Assembly (NCBI GenBank): GCA_002269645.1
Contig: NIVC01002218.1
Coordinates: 1-64,000 of the forward strand
From: Macrostomum lignano
Taxonomy: Eukaryota
Direction: 5' to 3'
DNA: 64,000 bases
A model generated the notes under the pieces. The model made no database searches and was not told the DNA's origin. It saw only the letters and a list, made by a program, of their open reading frames with translations. Position 1 is the stretch's first letter; every line of letters begins with the position of its first letter. The translations under genes were made by a program, and so were the position numbers. Positions 25,301 through 38,744 of the stretch are shown one piece after another.

Positions 25301-25937
25301 CGCCCTGGTCCCATTGAGAATCGCCCCAGTCCCATTAAGAATCGCCCCAGTCCCATTGAGAATCGCCCTGGTCCCATTGAGAATCGCCCCAGTCCCATTG
25401 AGAATCGTCCCAGTCCCATTGAGAATCGCCCCAGTCCCATTGAGAATCGCCCCAGTCCCATTGAGAATCGCCCCAGTCCCATTGAGAATCGCCCCAGTCC
25501 CATTGAGAATCGCCCCAGTCCCATTGAGAATCGCCCTGGTCCCATTGAGAATCGCCCCAGTCCCATTGAGAATCGCCCTGGTCCCATTTAGAATATTAGA
25601 TTTTTGTCACCCTGAAATATTTTTCTCACCTGCAGATGCCTCGAATTCTCGGAAGCGAGCCAGAAAAGCGTCTAGCAAATCTTCCGTCACCAAGGAGACA
25701 CCAACAGTTGCGGCCCTACAAGCCAAGGCGTCTGTTGGCGAACGGGTGAAGCATCACATACCGCAGGCGGACCTGCTGTTGCTGGCCGAATTAGTTAGGC
25801 GTCACTCAGCTGACTACGAGGCCATGTCGTTGGATAGGCGAAACGCTTATCAGTTGACGCCTGGCCAGCTGCGCCAGCGAATTGCCCGGATGTCCAGACA
25901 GTTTCCCGACGTCTGGCAGAAGTACGCTGCGGTTTAG
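22303..25937 (+). CDS. NOP16: Nucleolar protein 16; 3 exons, ~208 aa
   Basis: Exons 22303-22419, 23778-23985 and 25636-25937 (phases 0 and 1 match). MGKVKKRAKRFRYHTNRKR, AWQAGSSARSNFSRLGLCYDP and RHSADYEAMSLDRRNAYQLTPGQLR...FPDVW match the conserved NOP16 blocks. Confidence 0.9.
22485..23650. repeat. Intronic 32-bp minisatellite (gtggacatcccaactgtttaagacaggatgtt)
   Basis: Fills NOP16 intron 1. Confidence 0.95.
24045..25590. repeat. Compound intronic array: 22-bp unit (gattgagaatcgcctcaactaa; 24045-24315) then 21-bp unit (cccattgagaatcgccccagt; 24320-25590)
   Basis: Fills NOP16 intron 2 and generates the spurious long repetitive ORFs here. Confidence 0.95.
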
Positions 25938-27472
25938 CATGAGACTAATTACCAATGATTTGAGCGCTGTTGCTAAGAATGAACTGCCGAATGATTGCGT
26001 GGCACCATTTTTATCAATAAATAATGCAAGCATTTCTTCAGTTTAAGCATCATGTAATTGCAGTTTGAAATCTAACGATTTGATTGTTTGAATTTGTGGT
26101 ATTAATTATTATTTGCATGTCAGTGTACTCTGTACCTGGCTTCTGTATTTAATTATTTTATTTCGAGCAACGCTCGTAATTCATTTAAGTAATTATATAT
26201 CATAAATCAGATGGAAGTTGATCTGACTTCTTTTAAAGTATTCCTTCTAATTCCGTCGTTTGTCGTTATGCAGGGGACAGAAGGTACGGACTTTGCTAGA
26301 GAAAACAACGTGAAACAATGCAAATTATGTCTGCAGAAAACTGCACTACGAGCATTTTACTTCGTACAATCCATAATTTTCTAATTTTCCTTAACTGCTG
26401 ATAAAAACTGCAATTCAAATTATTATATTATTAAACTAACTAGGACACTTTGGAATTGGAACTATCTCTCAAGAGTAAGACCATGAAGACATGTATGATG
26501 TAGATTGTACTAGCCATAATTCAGTTATAGAGGGTTGGACTTGGATTTCCTCCATCTACATGTATACAAGTACATGTACAATCTGTAACGTCTGCACTCT
26601 GGTACCCAAGGTGCAGTAAATGAGAAAATTCAGGCTTCAGGTCAGGAGCGTCGCCACCAGGGAGGGGGAGCACAAGGGGAACATGCCAATGCTTTATTAC
26701 TGCCTTACCTCGTGACCTGTTACTATTATAGAAATCGAGAATTTTGCTCTGTACTGCCAAAATGAGTGTATGTGGCTCCTAAATTCTGTTGCCGCCAAAA
26801 ACACTGATTCTCATAATAATATAGCTAGGAACTTTTAGTTTGAACTGCTTCGTTTTGTCCCCTTCCGCCATAAAATTCATAACGAAACCTCTGCTTTAAA
26901 CCTATATTACCGGATAAACAAGCTAGTAAACTTTAGAATAACGGGATTCTTTTGCAAGTCGTTGATACTAACGTTCGGTAGATAGGTAACATTTTTTAAA
27001 GCACTAGTAGAATTACTAAAGTAATTAAAAGTACAATTTAAAAAAAATTAAATGTAGTTTGTAATACAGTCCTGCATAAATAATTACATTATAGAGTTGC
27101 CTTGTTAAAGTTTGTTCTTATTTGTACTCAACTTTTTGAAATCAAGCCCCTGGATTCAATTCTATATATATGGCTAAAAAACATTTTCCTTTAGCACATT
27201 TCAAGCATGAACTCGTTTGTTAACTTCCGAGCCCACTTAAAAACTAACTAAATATTCGATGGAATTCATAAGATTTAACAGTTGTTAGTAAATTAGGTTA
27301 TCGTCGCACCATGCCCCTTGATTTGTCATTTTTTAAATTTTATCTTCGTATAGCACAGGCATAGCCGCATAGTCTGTACTGTACTAGTACTAGTATAACC
27401 TAGCAGTCTAGTACTTGTATGTACTAGTAACAGCTAAAGCGAGTATAGTCTAGCCTTTAACTAAATATTTTA

Positions 27473-30400
27473 ATGGCGCTACCTCCACTGGCTTCAGTTT
27501 GTTATAGTACAAATACAAATGAAGATCATAATCGCCTGCAAGTTTTGTGCAAACGACTTAAAAAGATGTGTCAAGCTGGCCAGCCAGATAGTCAACTGTA
27601 AGTGAATATTTTTAATTTTCATCATAAAAAACAATTTGTTAGGCTTTATTCATTTTCCTTACACCATATCTATTAAATATTGTTTAAGATTGAATTGAGA
27701 CCAAGTCAATAGTAAATAGGCATAGCTAGGCCTAGGCATATGAATTTTTTTATCTCATTTAAACAATATTTTACATATATGTCAATAAAGTAGGCCTATT
27801 TTATAATTTTTTTTTTTCAAAAAATAGATTAGTTCTGATCCTAAGGTTTAAGGATCAAAATGGTATTCATCCATTTTGAGTTCTATTTTTACTAGAAACA
27901 TGGTGCAAAATTGCACCCTATGCTCAATTTCTAATTGCACCCTTCCGCCACCCTATGCCCAAGGCCAAATGTCTAATTTAAGGATATGATTTTGAAAGTC
28001 AAGATGCTATAGTATCTCTATTGCATAAAAAATAAACTAAGATCATATATATAATAAAATAGGCCCAAATATTTTTTGCAATTTATGATAGCAATATAAA
28101 TAATATTTTATACATCTTTTCTTTTATTGAAAATCTTTTATTAAAAATTTATGTTTGAGTTTCTTTAATATTATTAGTTAGGCTTAGGCCTTAATATTGT
28201 TTTCAAAAATATTTATTTCAAAGAAACATAATTCTATATATATATATATAAAAAAGTCAAATTTAAATAACAAGACTTGTTTTTATTGATTAAAAATTGA
28301 ATAGACAAATCTATTTCTATTTTCAATTATACTTCTATATCAATTAATTGTCAATTCTTGATAGTAGAATATGCCTATTACTTTTATTTAAATTGTTTTT
28401 CAAAGTTTTTATAGCTAATATAAAAATAATAACATACAAAATTTAAGGCTTATTTACAATTTACTCATACAATATACTTTCTGTAGTCTAAATAGACAAT
28501 TTCTATAAGTTAGAGGATTAATAGTATAAAAGGTTTAATGGAGATCTATAAGTGTTTTTTGACATGGGTTTTACTATGATATCAAATTGTAGTTCAATTT
28601 CAGTTCTATATTTTTACAAATCACCTATAATCAAACCTCACTGTTAGTAGGCCTTTAGCACTGAAAATGTAATTAAGTGCAATTCTGAAAATGTGCTTTT
28701 CAATGTCAGCTGGCACCCTAGTTTTCAATTTGGTTAATGCAACAATAGCTATGCAGCTATGTGAACAAAATCTAATAAAACTCTTGTCTAAAACATTCTA
28801 ACAAAAAAGCATTGATCCCACAAAAACCACAGGATGGATGCTCTAGTAGCCACGGCACTAACAGATGACCGAGCAGCCGCACACTGGCTAGTGAATCACG
28901 CCGAGGACCCCAGCTTAGTCAGCGGAAATTGCCGGGTTTATTACCTGCTGCTGTGCCCTGCCAACGAGTTGGAGGCGCGATTTGATGAATTTTGGACAGC
29001 CTACAGGGGCGCCAGGGACTGGACTCCGCCCATGGATTACATGCCCCACGTGCCAGTGGTGCAGCCCTTCGAGGCCCACGCGCACCAGCTGCTGGACGTC
29101 TATCACGCCTTCAACACTGTCAGCCGCGGCTTTGCCGACCGCTGCCCTGCTGCCGACTTTCAGCTGACCCTGCCGCCTGTTGATCTAACAGCTAATCCAC
29201 TGAGACTGAGCCTGCAATTGTGCGAGCCAACGGTTGAGACTATGCTCAAGGAATTGGCCGCTGTATTTGTTAAAATGCTAGCTGATAAATTCGTGCCTGC
29301 GGTGCCGGTGCGACCGCCTTACCGGGCCGCTCTGTGCGAGGGCTTCATGCAGGTTCGCGAAATGTACATCCTCTGATCTATAAGCCCGATCCTCTGATCT
29401 ATAAGCCCGATCTTCTGATCTGTAAGCCCGATCCTCTGATCTATAAGCCCGATCCTCTGATCTGTAAGCCCGATCCTCTGATCTATAAGCCCGATCCTCT
29501 GTTCTGTAAGCCCGATCCTCTGATCTATAAGCCCGATACTCTTATCTATAAGCCCGATCCTCTGATCTATAAGCCCGATCCTCTGATCTTTAAGCCCGAT
29601 CCTCTTATCTATAAGCCCGATCCTCTGATCTATAAGCCCGATCCTCTGATCTATAAGCCCGATTCTCTGATCTATAAGCCCGATCCTCTGATCTACATGT
29701 ATAAGCCCGATCCTCTGATCTATAAGCCCGATTTTCTGATCTATAAGCTCGATCCTCTGATCTATAAGCCCGATCCTCTGATCTATAAGCCCGATCCTCT
29801 GATCTATAAGCCCGATTTTCTGTCTAATGTACAAACCACCGACCCACCGGCAGTCCCAGCAGTACCAGGTGGAGCAGGAGGCGATGCACCACTTCGCCGT
29901 TAATCCGGACTCTCGCCGAGTAGCCGTGGGTACCCCCGCCGACACGGTCTGGCAGCTGCGGCTCTACTCTCGCGACGTTCGCCAGCGCAACGACCTGACT
30001 GGCGAGACGCACGCCGTCTATCGGATGCGATCCGAGTGCCTGCCAGCTGATGACGACGGCTTCATTCAGCTGGCCTACAGCAGCGGCGACCTGGTGGCCC
30101 TGGTGGCTCCGACTGAGCCCGGCATTGCGCCCGCCGACGTAACCGCGTGGGCTCTCGGGCTCAACTGCGACACTGGGCAGCTGGGCCACTTCAGGCCCGC
30201 TGTGAGCTCCGCCGGCATATTTTATGGTTTTAAGAACCGCTAATTTGCATACTCAGTTGCTAGACCAGCCTCCCAGATCCTCAGTTGCTGGGCCAGCCTC
30301 CCAGATCCTCAGTTGCTTGGCCAGCCTCCCAGAGTTTCAGTTCCTAGGCCAGCCTCCCAGATCCTCAGTTACTGGGCCAGCCTCCCAAATCCTCAGTTGC

Positions 30401-33400
30401 TTGATCAGCCTCCCAGAGTGTCAGTTGCTAGGCCAGCCTCCCAGATCCCCAGTTGCTAAGCCAGCCTCCCAGAGTGTCAGTTGCTGGGCCAATCAGCTCA
30501 GCTCCCAGATCCTCAGTTACTGGGCCAGCCTCCTAAATCCTCAGTTGCTAGGCCAGCCTCCTAGATCCCCAGTTGTTAGGCCAGCCCAAATCCTTAGTTG
30601 CTGGGCCAGCCTCCCAGATCCTCAGTTGCTGGGCCAATCAGCTCCCAGATCCTCAGTTACTGGGCCAGCCTCCTAAATCCTCAGTTGCTAGGCCAGCCTC
30701 CTAGATCCCCAGTTGTTAGGCCAGCCCAAATCCTTAGTTGCTGGGCCAGCCTCCCAGATCCTCAGTTGCTGGGCCAGCCTTCCAGATCCTCAGTTGTTGG
30801 GCCAGCCTTCCAGATCCTCAGTTGCTGGGCCAGCCTCCCAGATCCCCAGTTACTGTGCCAGCCTCCCAGATCCTCAGTTGCTGGGCCAGCCTCCCAGATC
30901 CTCAGTTGCTGGGCCAGCAAAAATCACAGACAAAGCATTTCATCTTAATTAAAGCATTCTTTTAAATGTATGGACAGGATTGTTTTTTTGCTTGAGCTCA
31001 GTTATCATTTATGAGTTTGTCCTTTGCTTAACTGAACTGCTTGGCAAGACGAATAAGAATTATACAGTGTTAGTGTAGCGAGCCCGGCTCCCTCGGAGCC
31101 GGCGTCATAATTTATGCCAACTGGACTTCAAAATAAAGCCCCGCGCCGCCGTATTAATTTCAGATGCTAGAGGCTCAGCGAGTGCCCTGCAGCTCTGCCT
31201 GGACGCTTCATAAGTGAGTTTATGCGAGAGTGCGTTTGCGTGTCTGAAGTGCTCAAGCGTACTCAAAGCGCACTTGAAGCCAAGCAGTGGTTGTACGTGT
31301 TAATTCTCTGTGTGTGTGTGTGCTTAGAGATTCTTCTGTTGATAGCTAATAGTTTAGCTGCACAATGGCCAGAGCTTATGCCTGGCCTAGATCTCGTCGC
31401 TGCTGTCTGTTAAGAAGAACAGCTGTGTGTATGCGTGTGGCATTCTTATTAAATGAACTCAAAAGTAGCACAAGTTAGTGTTGGTAAATGCTTAGAACCA
31501 TACATGCGCAACAGTCGGCCGAGTCGGCCAATCCGGCCGACCGATTTGGCGGCCAACCAAGGAAGTCGCAAAAATGCCCACCCGAAAAAATACCAAAGTA
31601 GTAGTACTAAGTAGCTGACGAGGCATTTTGGCTTAATAATACTGTTATAGTTACTCCTGCCGTTTACCCAAAGTTGCGTTAATTTTGCTTTAGGGTTTTT
31701 TTACATGTAAGTCGCATTTTTGGCCAAAAACTACGTCGCATTTTTGTTAAAACTAAGTCGCACGGCTGACCGAATTTTGGAGGTTGCGCATGTATGCTTA
31801 GAACGGTCGACTAGTTGGTTTGATATAGCAGCTTCATCTTCAGTTTCCATCTCCAGGGTCGGCTTGGTCAGTTAAAAAAGTTCTGTCCGATCTCCCCCCC
31901 CCCCTGTTTCTCTGCCTCTGTCTCGCTTGAAAAACAAAGCATAGAAGACTGGGCTTTTTCTTTATTGATCCATTGTTGTTGTACCCAGGCTAACAGGCCC
32001 AACTCTAGTATTACTTATTAAGCGAACCTATCCATATTTAACCTTTTGCTGTCAGCCAGTGTTGGACTTTTTAATCTTATTTAGTGTTGATGCCTAATGC
32101 AGTGTTGTCAGCTGTGCATGTTGCCTAATGCAGTGTTGTCAGCTGTGCATGATGCCTAATGCAGTGTTGTCAGCTGTGCATGTTGCCTAATGCAGTGTTG
32201 TCAGCTGTGCATGATGCTTAATGCAGTGTTGTCAGCTGTGCATGTTGCCTAATGCAGTGTTGTCAGCTGTGCATGTTGCCTAATGCAGTGTTGTCAGCTG
32301 TGCATGATGCTTAATGCAGTGTTGTCAGCTGTGCATGTTGCCTAATGCAGTGTTGTCAGCTGTGCATGTTGCCTAATGCAGTGCTGTCAGCTGTGCATGT
32401 TGCCTAATGCAGTGTTGTCAGCTGTGCATGATGCTTAATGCAGTGTTGTCAGCTGTGCATGATGCCTAATGCAGTGTTGTCAGCTGTGCATGTTGCCTAA
32501 TGCAGTGTTGTCAGCTGTGCATGTTGCCTAATTCGAGAATCTCGGCATTCCTGCAGCTTTTTTGGCCCCTTTTTTAGCCTAAGCATGAACAACAACAGCT
32601 GCGTCCAATTAGTGAGCGGGTGGGCAGCGATTAGTATGATTTCTTCCTCAATTGTTTTCCAACTGGTTATAATGCGTGTTTGAGAGAGATCAAAGGGGAG
32701 ATCAGAGAGGTGGAGATCAGACGGGGAGATTAAAGGGGAGATCAGATAGAGGGAGATTAGAGATATCAAAAGGAAGATCAGAGAGGAGATCAGAGGGAGG
32801 GATTAAAGGGGAGATCAGAGAGAGCGAGATTAGAGATATCAAAAGGAAGATCAGAGAGGAGATCAGAGGTAGAGATTAAAGGGGAGATCAGAGGGGGAGA
32901 TCAAACGGGAGATTTGAGACAGAGATCAGACGGGGGGAGATCAGATCGAAGATTGAAGGGGGGATCAGAGAGGAAGAGATTAGAGAGAGATCAGAGGGGA
33001 GATCAAAGAGGAGATTTTAGATAGAGATTAGAGAGGTGGAGATCAGAGGGAGATCGCAGGGCGAGATCAGACGGGAGATGAAATAGAAGGGTTTCAGCCA
33101 GCATAGTGTGAGTGATGCGGATAAGCCAGTGCTGATAAAAAGTATTTCCTGAAATAGGAAAGTAGCAAATGTTTTATAAGACTTCTAAAGCGCACATCCC
33201 CAGCTTCATGTGATATAGTTTTTCTATTTTGGTTCCAGGCTCTTGTGTTCTCTACCAGCCTTAATAATATCCTGACCTAATATTTGGACTTTCCCACGGA
33301 TTTCGAAGCATTCTTAGCGGCAATGGAGCGAAGCACGTGTTTTTTGGGTGTAGCATTTCCATGATGTCCTGATTGATATTGTAGGACTGTGTTCTGCTGC

Positions 33401-36400
33401 CTGAACTCTTTTTACCCACGAGTCTGTCGTTTCTTTGTGTCCTGTCACAGCCTGCAAATCTTCATCAGAAATTGTCCGTTTTCTGGTGCGCTGCTGCTGT
33501 TATGGCAGTTTTTTTTTCTTCGAGATATGCAGTTCTTCTGCCTTGTAAACAGTTTGACTTGATGGTTCAGCACCACCTGGCAGATCCACCTGGCAGATCC
33601 ACCTGGCAGATCCCAGTCACCACCTGACTGATCCCATTCACCATCTGACTGATTCCATTCATCCCATTCACCATCTGACAGATCCCATTCACCATCTGAC
33701 AGATCCCATTCACCATCTGACAGATCCCATTCACCATCTGACTGATCCCATTCACCATCTGACTGATCCCATTCACCACCTGACTGATCCCATTCACCAT
33801 CTGACTGATTCCATTCACCACCTGACAGATCCCATTCACCATCTGACAGATCCCATTCACCATCTGACAGATCCCATTCACCATCTGACAGATCCCATTC
33901 ACCATCTGACTGATCCCATTCACCATCTGACTGATCCCATTCACCATCTGACAGATCCCATTCACCATCTGACTGATCCCATTCACCACCTGACAGATCC
34001 CATTCATTATCTGACAGATCCCAGTCACCATCTGACAGATCCCAGTCACCATCTGACAGATCCCATTCACCATCTGACAGATCCCATTCACCATCTGACA
34101 GATCCCATTCACCATCTGACTGATCCCATTCACCATCTGACAGATCCCATTCACCATCTGACAGATCCCATTCACCACCTGACAGATCCCATTCACCATC
34201 TGACAGATCCCATTCACTGTCTGACATCTCTTCTAAGGTCTACAGTTCTGCTATAGGAGAAAAATAGTTTGCATATTTTTTGGAACTTTTTCACCTCAGG
34301 AAATATATTAAAAATTGCTTCCGCGCAGAGTGGCCAACATCGGCTGCACTCTGCCCTCTTCGCCGCTCGGCAACAGCGCCTCATCAAGCTGCTGGGCCAG
34401 TTTCTCTAGGCAGAGCTCGATGTGCGTCGACGAGTGCGCCTCCGCCACGGGCGCTGGCTGCAGCGGCAGCGGCGGCAGCAGCGGCAGTCGGGGCTACTGC
34501 GGCGCGAACGGCTCTGCCGGCAAGCACTGCCCAATGAATGCCGCTAACAGACTCAGTTGTGTGAGTCAGCTATGGGGGAGGAGGTTTGCAATGCAGACCA
34601 TCCGGGACACGGGTTCTGGGCTCTGATCTTCTCAAGTGACCAGAGTTTTCTAAAGTGCATTCCGTTCTTTTTGTTCTCACAAAACTTACAATATCCTCAA
34701 ATAAAAGAATTTTTTTCCTTTCCATGTCTAGCAAACAAAGGACTCAATTCTATTATGTTCGACCTTCAAGTGTGCATTAAGAAAAACTTTGCCTAACGAA
34801 CTCCTAGTAATTTCCCTATGAGAATCTGCTTTGAAGTAGACTGTCAGTTGTTAGCCTTGTTTGCACAAGCTGTCAAGTGCTCCAATCCGTCAGTTAGTGA
34901 GTTCAGTTGGCCGCGAGGGGCTCAAAAGAGTGCATCCGGGGTTAAAACATTGTGTTTGCAGTTGCATGACTTGGAATGTTTTTTCCTGCGCTCCGTAATG
35001 CGCTCTAGTGCCCTTATAGGCTTAGAGAACGGTTGATTCTGCAGCTTACTGGCGCCTCTGCTAGACATTCACATGTTACTCAACCGTGTGTCAGATAGTG
35101 CAGTGTCATTTTCATCGTTTTTATTGGAGACCAACTTAATGAAGCTTTCGGTTTTTTCTTCTCCCAGGCATTATAGGTGTTACCTGTTGAAAACATTACC
35201 ATGACAAGAATCGCTAGACTAACAACTTCAGGACGACTGCTGTGACTTTCTCGTTTAAAAGTGGGACTGTCACCTTTTGACTATGTGACCGTTTTGTGAA
35301 CTGTCGCCGCTGTGACCGTCGATGTTATCCCCTCCTATCTGACAGTTGTAGTGTTTATGAATGTAAGCCATTGTATCATGTAAACCCAGGTTGTACAACA
35401 TTTCACTGTTACATTTGAGTGGCACCACATTTGAGTGTCACATCGACTGTCACAGCGGCGACAGTTTATTTGACTGTCACATCGACTGTCACAGCGGCGA
35501 AAGTTTATTTGACTGTCACATCGACTGTCACAGCGGCGACAGTTTATTTGGCTGTCACATCGACTGTCACAGCGGCGACAGTTTATTTAACTGTCACATC
35601 GACTGTCACAGCGGCGACAGTTTATTTGGCTGTCACATCGACTGTCACAGCGGTGACAGTTCATTTGACTGTCACAATAAAGTGTCACGACGGTCCCATT
35701 ATTAACTGACAGTCACATCACTGTGGCACTTGACGGTCAGAAGCGTGACAGGCAGTGTCACAATTTCGACTGTCCCCAGAAAATGTGACCGTCCCACTAC
35801 GGGTTTTTAACGAATCAAATGACTGTAATGCAACACAGAGGCGACTGTTTAGTCACGCGCGAGTTTTAAAATGGTAAAAGAGTCGCTAGAAAGCTGAAAA
35901 AGCTCGTCCTAAGAGTCTTCTCTTTGTCTCGCCGTTTTATAGTCGTCTAGAGTCACTTCTTTCCTATTTTACCTGCGTTACCTGCAACCACTCTGGGCGA
36001 CGCAAGTCACTCTTGGCCTTAGGCACCGTTTTCTTCGGGTTAATGCCAGTTTATCCTACTGAATCCGTCCACAGACTCCCTCCGGTGTGCCACCCTCGGA
36101 CACGTCCGGTTCCTCGGACAGCATGCCGCCATCGCCGAAGCCTGTCGGCAAGTCGAAGTCACTGATGTCGTTTTTCTTGTCCGACCGGCCGCGCCGCCAG
36201 CTGCACGTGATGCGCCACGGCGAGCGCATGGACACCACGGTCGGCTTCCACTGGTACAACAAGGCCTTCGACTCTAAAGGCGTATTCGCCAATCGGTTCG
36301 ATTTGAACATACCGGAGGTGCTGCCCACTCGCCCAGTTGAAGACTTCGATAGGGACACGCCGCTAACGCTGATTGGCCAGTTCGTGTCGCACCAGATGGG

Positions 36401-38635
36401 CGAGGCGCTGGCCAGGGCCGGGGTTCGCTACACCTATGCCTACAGCAGCCCCGCCCTGCGCTGCGTGCAGACCGCCCACCACCTGCTACAGGGCGCTGGG
36501 CAGTTCAGGCTGTCTGTACGGATTGAGCCTATGCTCAATGAGTTCCCTCACGACCATGATGATCAGGCCCAGGTGAGTGTTGGTATTATCTTAACTAATA
36601 TCGTCTGCTGTTTTATAGCTGTTCTCCCAGATCCTCAGTTGTTGGGCCAGCCTCCCAGATCCTCAGTTGCTGGGCCAGCCTCCCAGATCCTCAGTTGCTG
36701 GGCCAGCCTCCCAGATCCTCAGTTGCTGGGCCAGCCTCCCAGATCCTCAGTTGCTGGGTCAGCCTCCCAGAGTGTCAGTTGCTGGGCCAATCTCCCAGAT
36801 CCACAGTTGCTGGGCTACCGCTGAGCACTAAGTGCCTTGACCGCACAGTATCATATCTAGTATCTATGCCAGTTGAGCCTATAGTATCTGCATCAAAAAC
36901 TCTGCTTGCCCGCAGATGCCGCGTTTCATGTCGCCAACTGAGCTCAGAAGTGCGGGCTACAATGTGGACAAGGACTACCAGCCGCATTCCACTCTGGAGG
37001 GCTTCGATCGTAGAAATTCGCCCGAGAAATACCAACAGCGGGTGCGAAGGGTGTTAAAGAAAATTTTGGATTCCACTCGGAAACGGGGTGAGAGTTGATC
37101 CTAGTTTCCTGTTTATTGCCTGTTTATCTAATTGATATTAGCTGTTTAATGACCAGTTAATTTTTAATTTATCAACCAGATTAGTGGCTGTTTATCAACC
37201 AGTTTATTGCCTGTTTATCAACCAGTTTATTGCCGGTTTATCAACCAGTTTATTGGCTGTTTATCAACCAGTTTATTGCCGGTTTATCAACCAGTTTATT
37301 GCCTGTTTATCAACCAGTTTATTGCCTGTTTATCAACCAGTTTATTGCCTGTTTATCAACCAGTTTATTGCCTGTTTATCAACCAGTTTATTGCCGGTTT
37401 ATCAACCAGTTAATTGCCGGTTTATCAACCAGTTTATTGCCTGTTTATCAACCAGTTAATTGCCGGTTTATCAACTATTTTATTGCCGGTTTATCAACCA
37501 GTTTATTGCCGGTTTATCAACCAGTTTACTGGCTGTTTATCAACCAGTTTATTGCCTGTTTATCAACCTGTTTACTGGCTGTTTATCAACCAGTTTATTG
37601 CCTGTTTATCAACCTGTTTATTGCCTGTTTATCAACCAGTTTATTGCCTGTTTATCAACTATTTTATTGCCGGTTTATCAACCAGTTTATTGCCGGTTTA
37701 TCAACCAGTTTACTGGCTGTTTATCAACCAGTTTATTGCCGGTTTATCAACCAGTTTACTGGCTGTTTATCAACCAGTTTATTGCCTGTTTATCAACCTG
37801 TTTATTGCCTGTTTATCAACCAGTTTATTGCCTGTTTATCAACCAGTTTATTGCCTGTTTATCAACCAGTTTATTGCCTGTTTATCAACTATTTTATTGC
37901 CGGTTTATCAACCAGTTTATTGCCGGTTTATCAACCAGTTTACTGGCTGTTTATCAACCAGTTTATTGCCTGTTTATCAACCTGTTTATTGCCTGTTTAT
38001 CAACCAGTTTATTGCCTGTTTATCAACCAGTTTATTGCCTGTTTATCAACCAGTTTATTGCCTGTTTATCAACCAGTTAATTGCCGGTTTATCAACCAGT
38101 TTATTGCCTGTTTATCAACCAGTTTATTGCCTGTTTATCAACTATTTTATTGCCGGTTTATCAACCAGTTTATTGCCGGTTTATCAACCAGTTTACTGGC
38201 TGTTTATCAACCAGTTAATTGCCGGTTTATCAACCAGTTTATTGCCTGTTTATCAACCAGTTAATTGCCGGTTTATCAACCAGTTTATTGGCTGTGTATC
38301 AACCAGTTTATTGGCTGTGTATCAACCAGTTTATTGGCTGTTTATTAACTAATTTAGCATAACATAAGTTACAAGCATGAATTGCTTTCCTATCATTCTG
38401 ACCAGGCGGCAACATCCTGGTCGTCGGGCACCGCACCACCATCGAGTTCTGCCCCATCATACTTATGGGCTACAAGTCGTACGTGAAGCGAGTCTGCATC
38501 CCCTACAACGCCATGTTGTGTCTGGACGAGCGGCCCAAGAAAGGCACCTGGGTGCTGGCCAACCAGCCATCCGCCGCCTTCAGCTGCAACGAGCACTGCC
38601 GCTTCGATGGCTCCAGTTTGGCCTCGCCAGTCTAG
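27473..38635 (+). CDS. UBASH3: UBASH3/Sts-like protein (UBA, 2H phosphoesterase, SH3, histidine phosphatase); 8 exons, ~719 aa
   Basis: Exons 27473-27597, 28833-29352, 29869(or 29854)-30201, 31164-31213, 34329-34560, 36075-36572, 36916-37087 and 38406-38635; phases 2,0,0,2,0,0,1 all join. UBA: GQP......ALVAT...AAHWLVNH..DP. WQLRLYSRD precedes the SH3 domain; AWTLHK follows it. Phosphatase: RHGERMD, SSPALRCVQTA, IEPMLNEF, GNILVVGH. Confidence 0.88.
29372..29820. repeat. Intronic 21-bp minisatellite (cccgatcctctgatctataag)
   Basis: Fills UBASH3 intron 2. Confidence 0.95.
30250..30918. repeat. Intronic 28-bp minisatellite (ctgggccagcctcccagatcctcagttg)
   Basis: UBASH3 intron 3; the same family occurs at 36620-36815. 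Confidence 0.92.
31499..31796. mobile_element. 298-bp MITE with 14-bp TIR CATACATGCGCAAC and 8-bp TSD cttagaac (hAT- or P-type)
   Basis: Perfect TIRs; cttagaac at 31491-31498 and 31797-31804. Confidence 0.92.
32095..32530. repeat. 31-bp tandem repeat (gcctaatgcagtgttgtcagctgtgcatgtt)
   Basis: About 14 copies, intronic. Confidence 0.95.
32685..33075. repeat. GA-rich degenerate repeat (gagatcagagg...)
   Basis: Purine-rich periodic tract. Confidence 0.75.
33580..34225. repeat. 21-bp tandem repeat (atcccattcaccatctgacag)
   Basis: About 30 copies, intronic. Confidence 0.95.
35430..35680. repeat. 39-bp tandem repeat (gactgtcacatcgactgtcacagcggcgacagtttattt)
   Basis: About 6 copies, lying within a stretch bounded by gtgggactgtcac (~35261) and gtgaccgtcccac (~35784). 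Confidence 0.88.
36620..36815. repeat. 28-bp minisatellite, same family as 30250-30918
   Basis: Same consensus unit; UBASH3 intron 6. Confidence 0.9.
37170..38345. repeat. Intronic 23-bp minisatellite (gcctgtttatcaaccagtttatt)
   Basis: Fills UBASH3 intron 7. Confidence 0.95.
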
Positions 38636-38744
38636 GCTGGCTTGCCGACAGCTCGTGCACTTCATTCTGCATTCTGACCTTGAAGCACCGCTGACTGCCT
38701 GTCCTTTAGCATTCTTTTCTGGCCTTTGTGTCATTTTCCTCTGC

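Noticed and set aside
26521-26760. ORF beginning MAVQSKILDFYNSNRSRGKAVIKHW, faintly like the N-terminus of some Tc1-type transposases
   Set aside because: Similarity covers only ~25 residues from memory; no DDE domain or TIRs seen.
33230-33560. Minus-strand RKRTISDEDLQAVTGHK, reminiscent of tyrosine-recombinase (Crypton) TGH box
   Set aside because: Single short motif among stops; no HSLR or other boxes found.
34280-34560. Minus-strand reading PRLPLLPP...HIELCLEKLAQQLDEALLP as a nested gene
   Set aside because: The plus strand gives a phase-compatible UBASH3 exon (34329-34560) that continues the AWTLH-K motif. No supporting minus-strand exons were found.
35261-35800. Possible TIR element (gtgggactgtcac ... 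gtgaccgtcccac) around the 39-bp array
   Set aside because: The 13-bp inverted match overlaps the array's own motif and no TSD was found.
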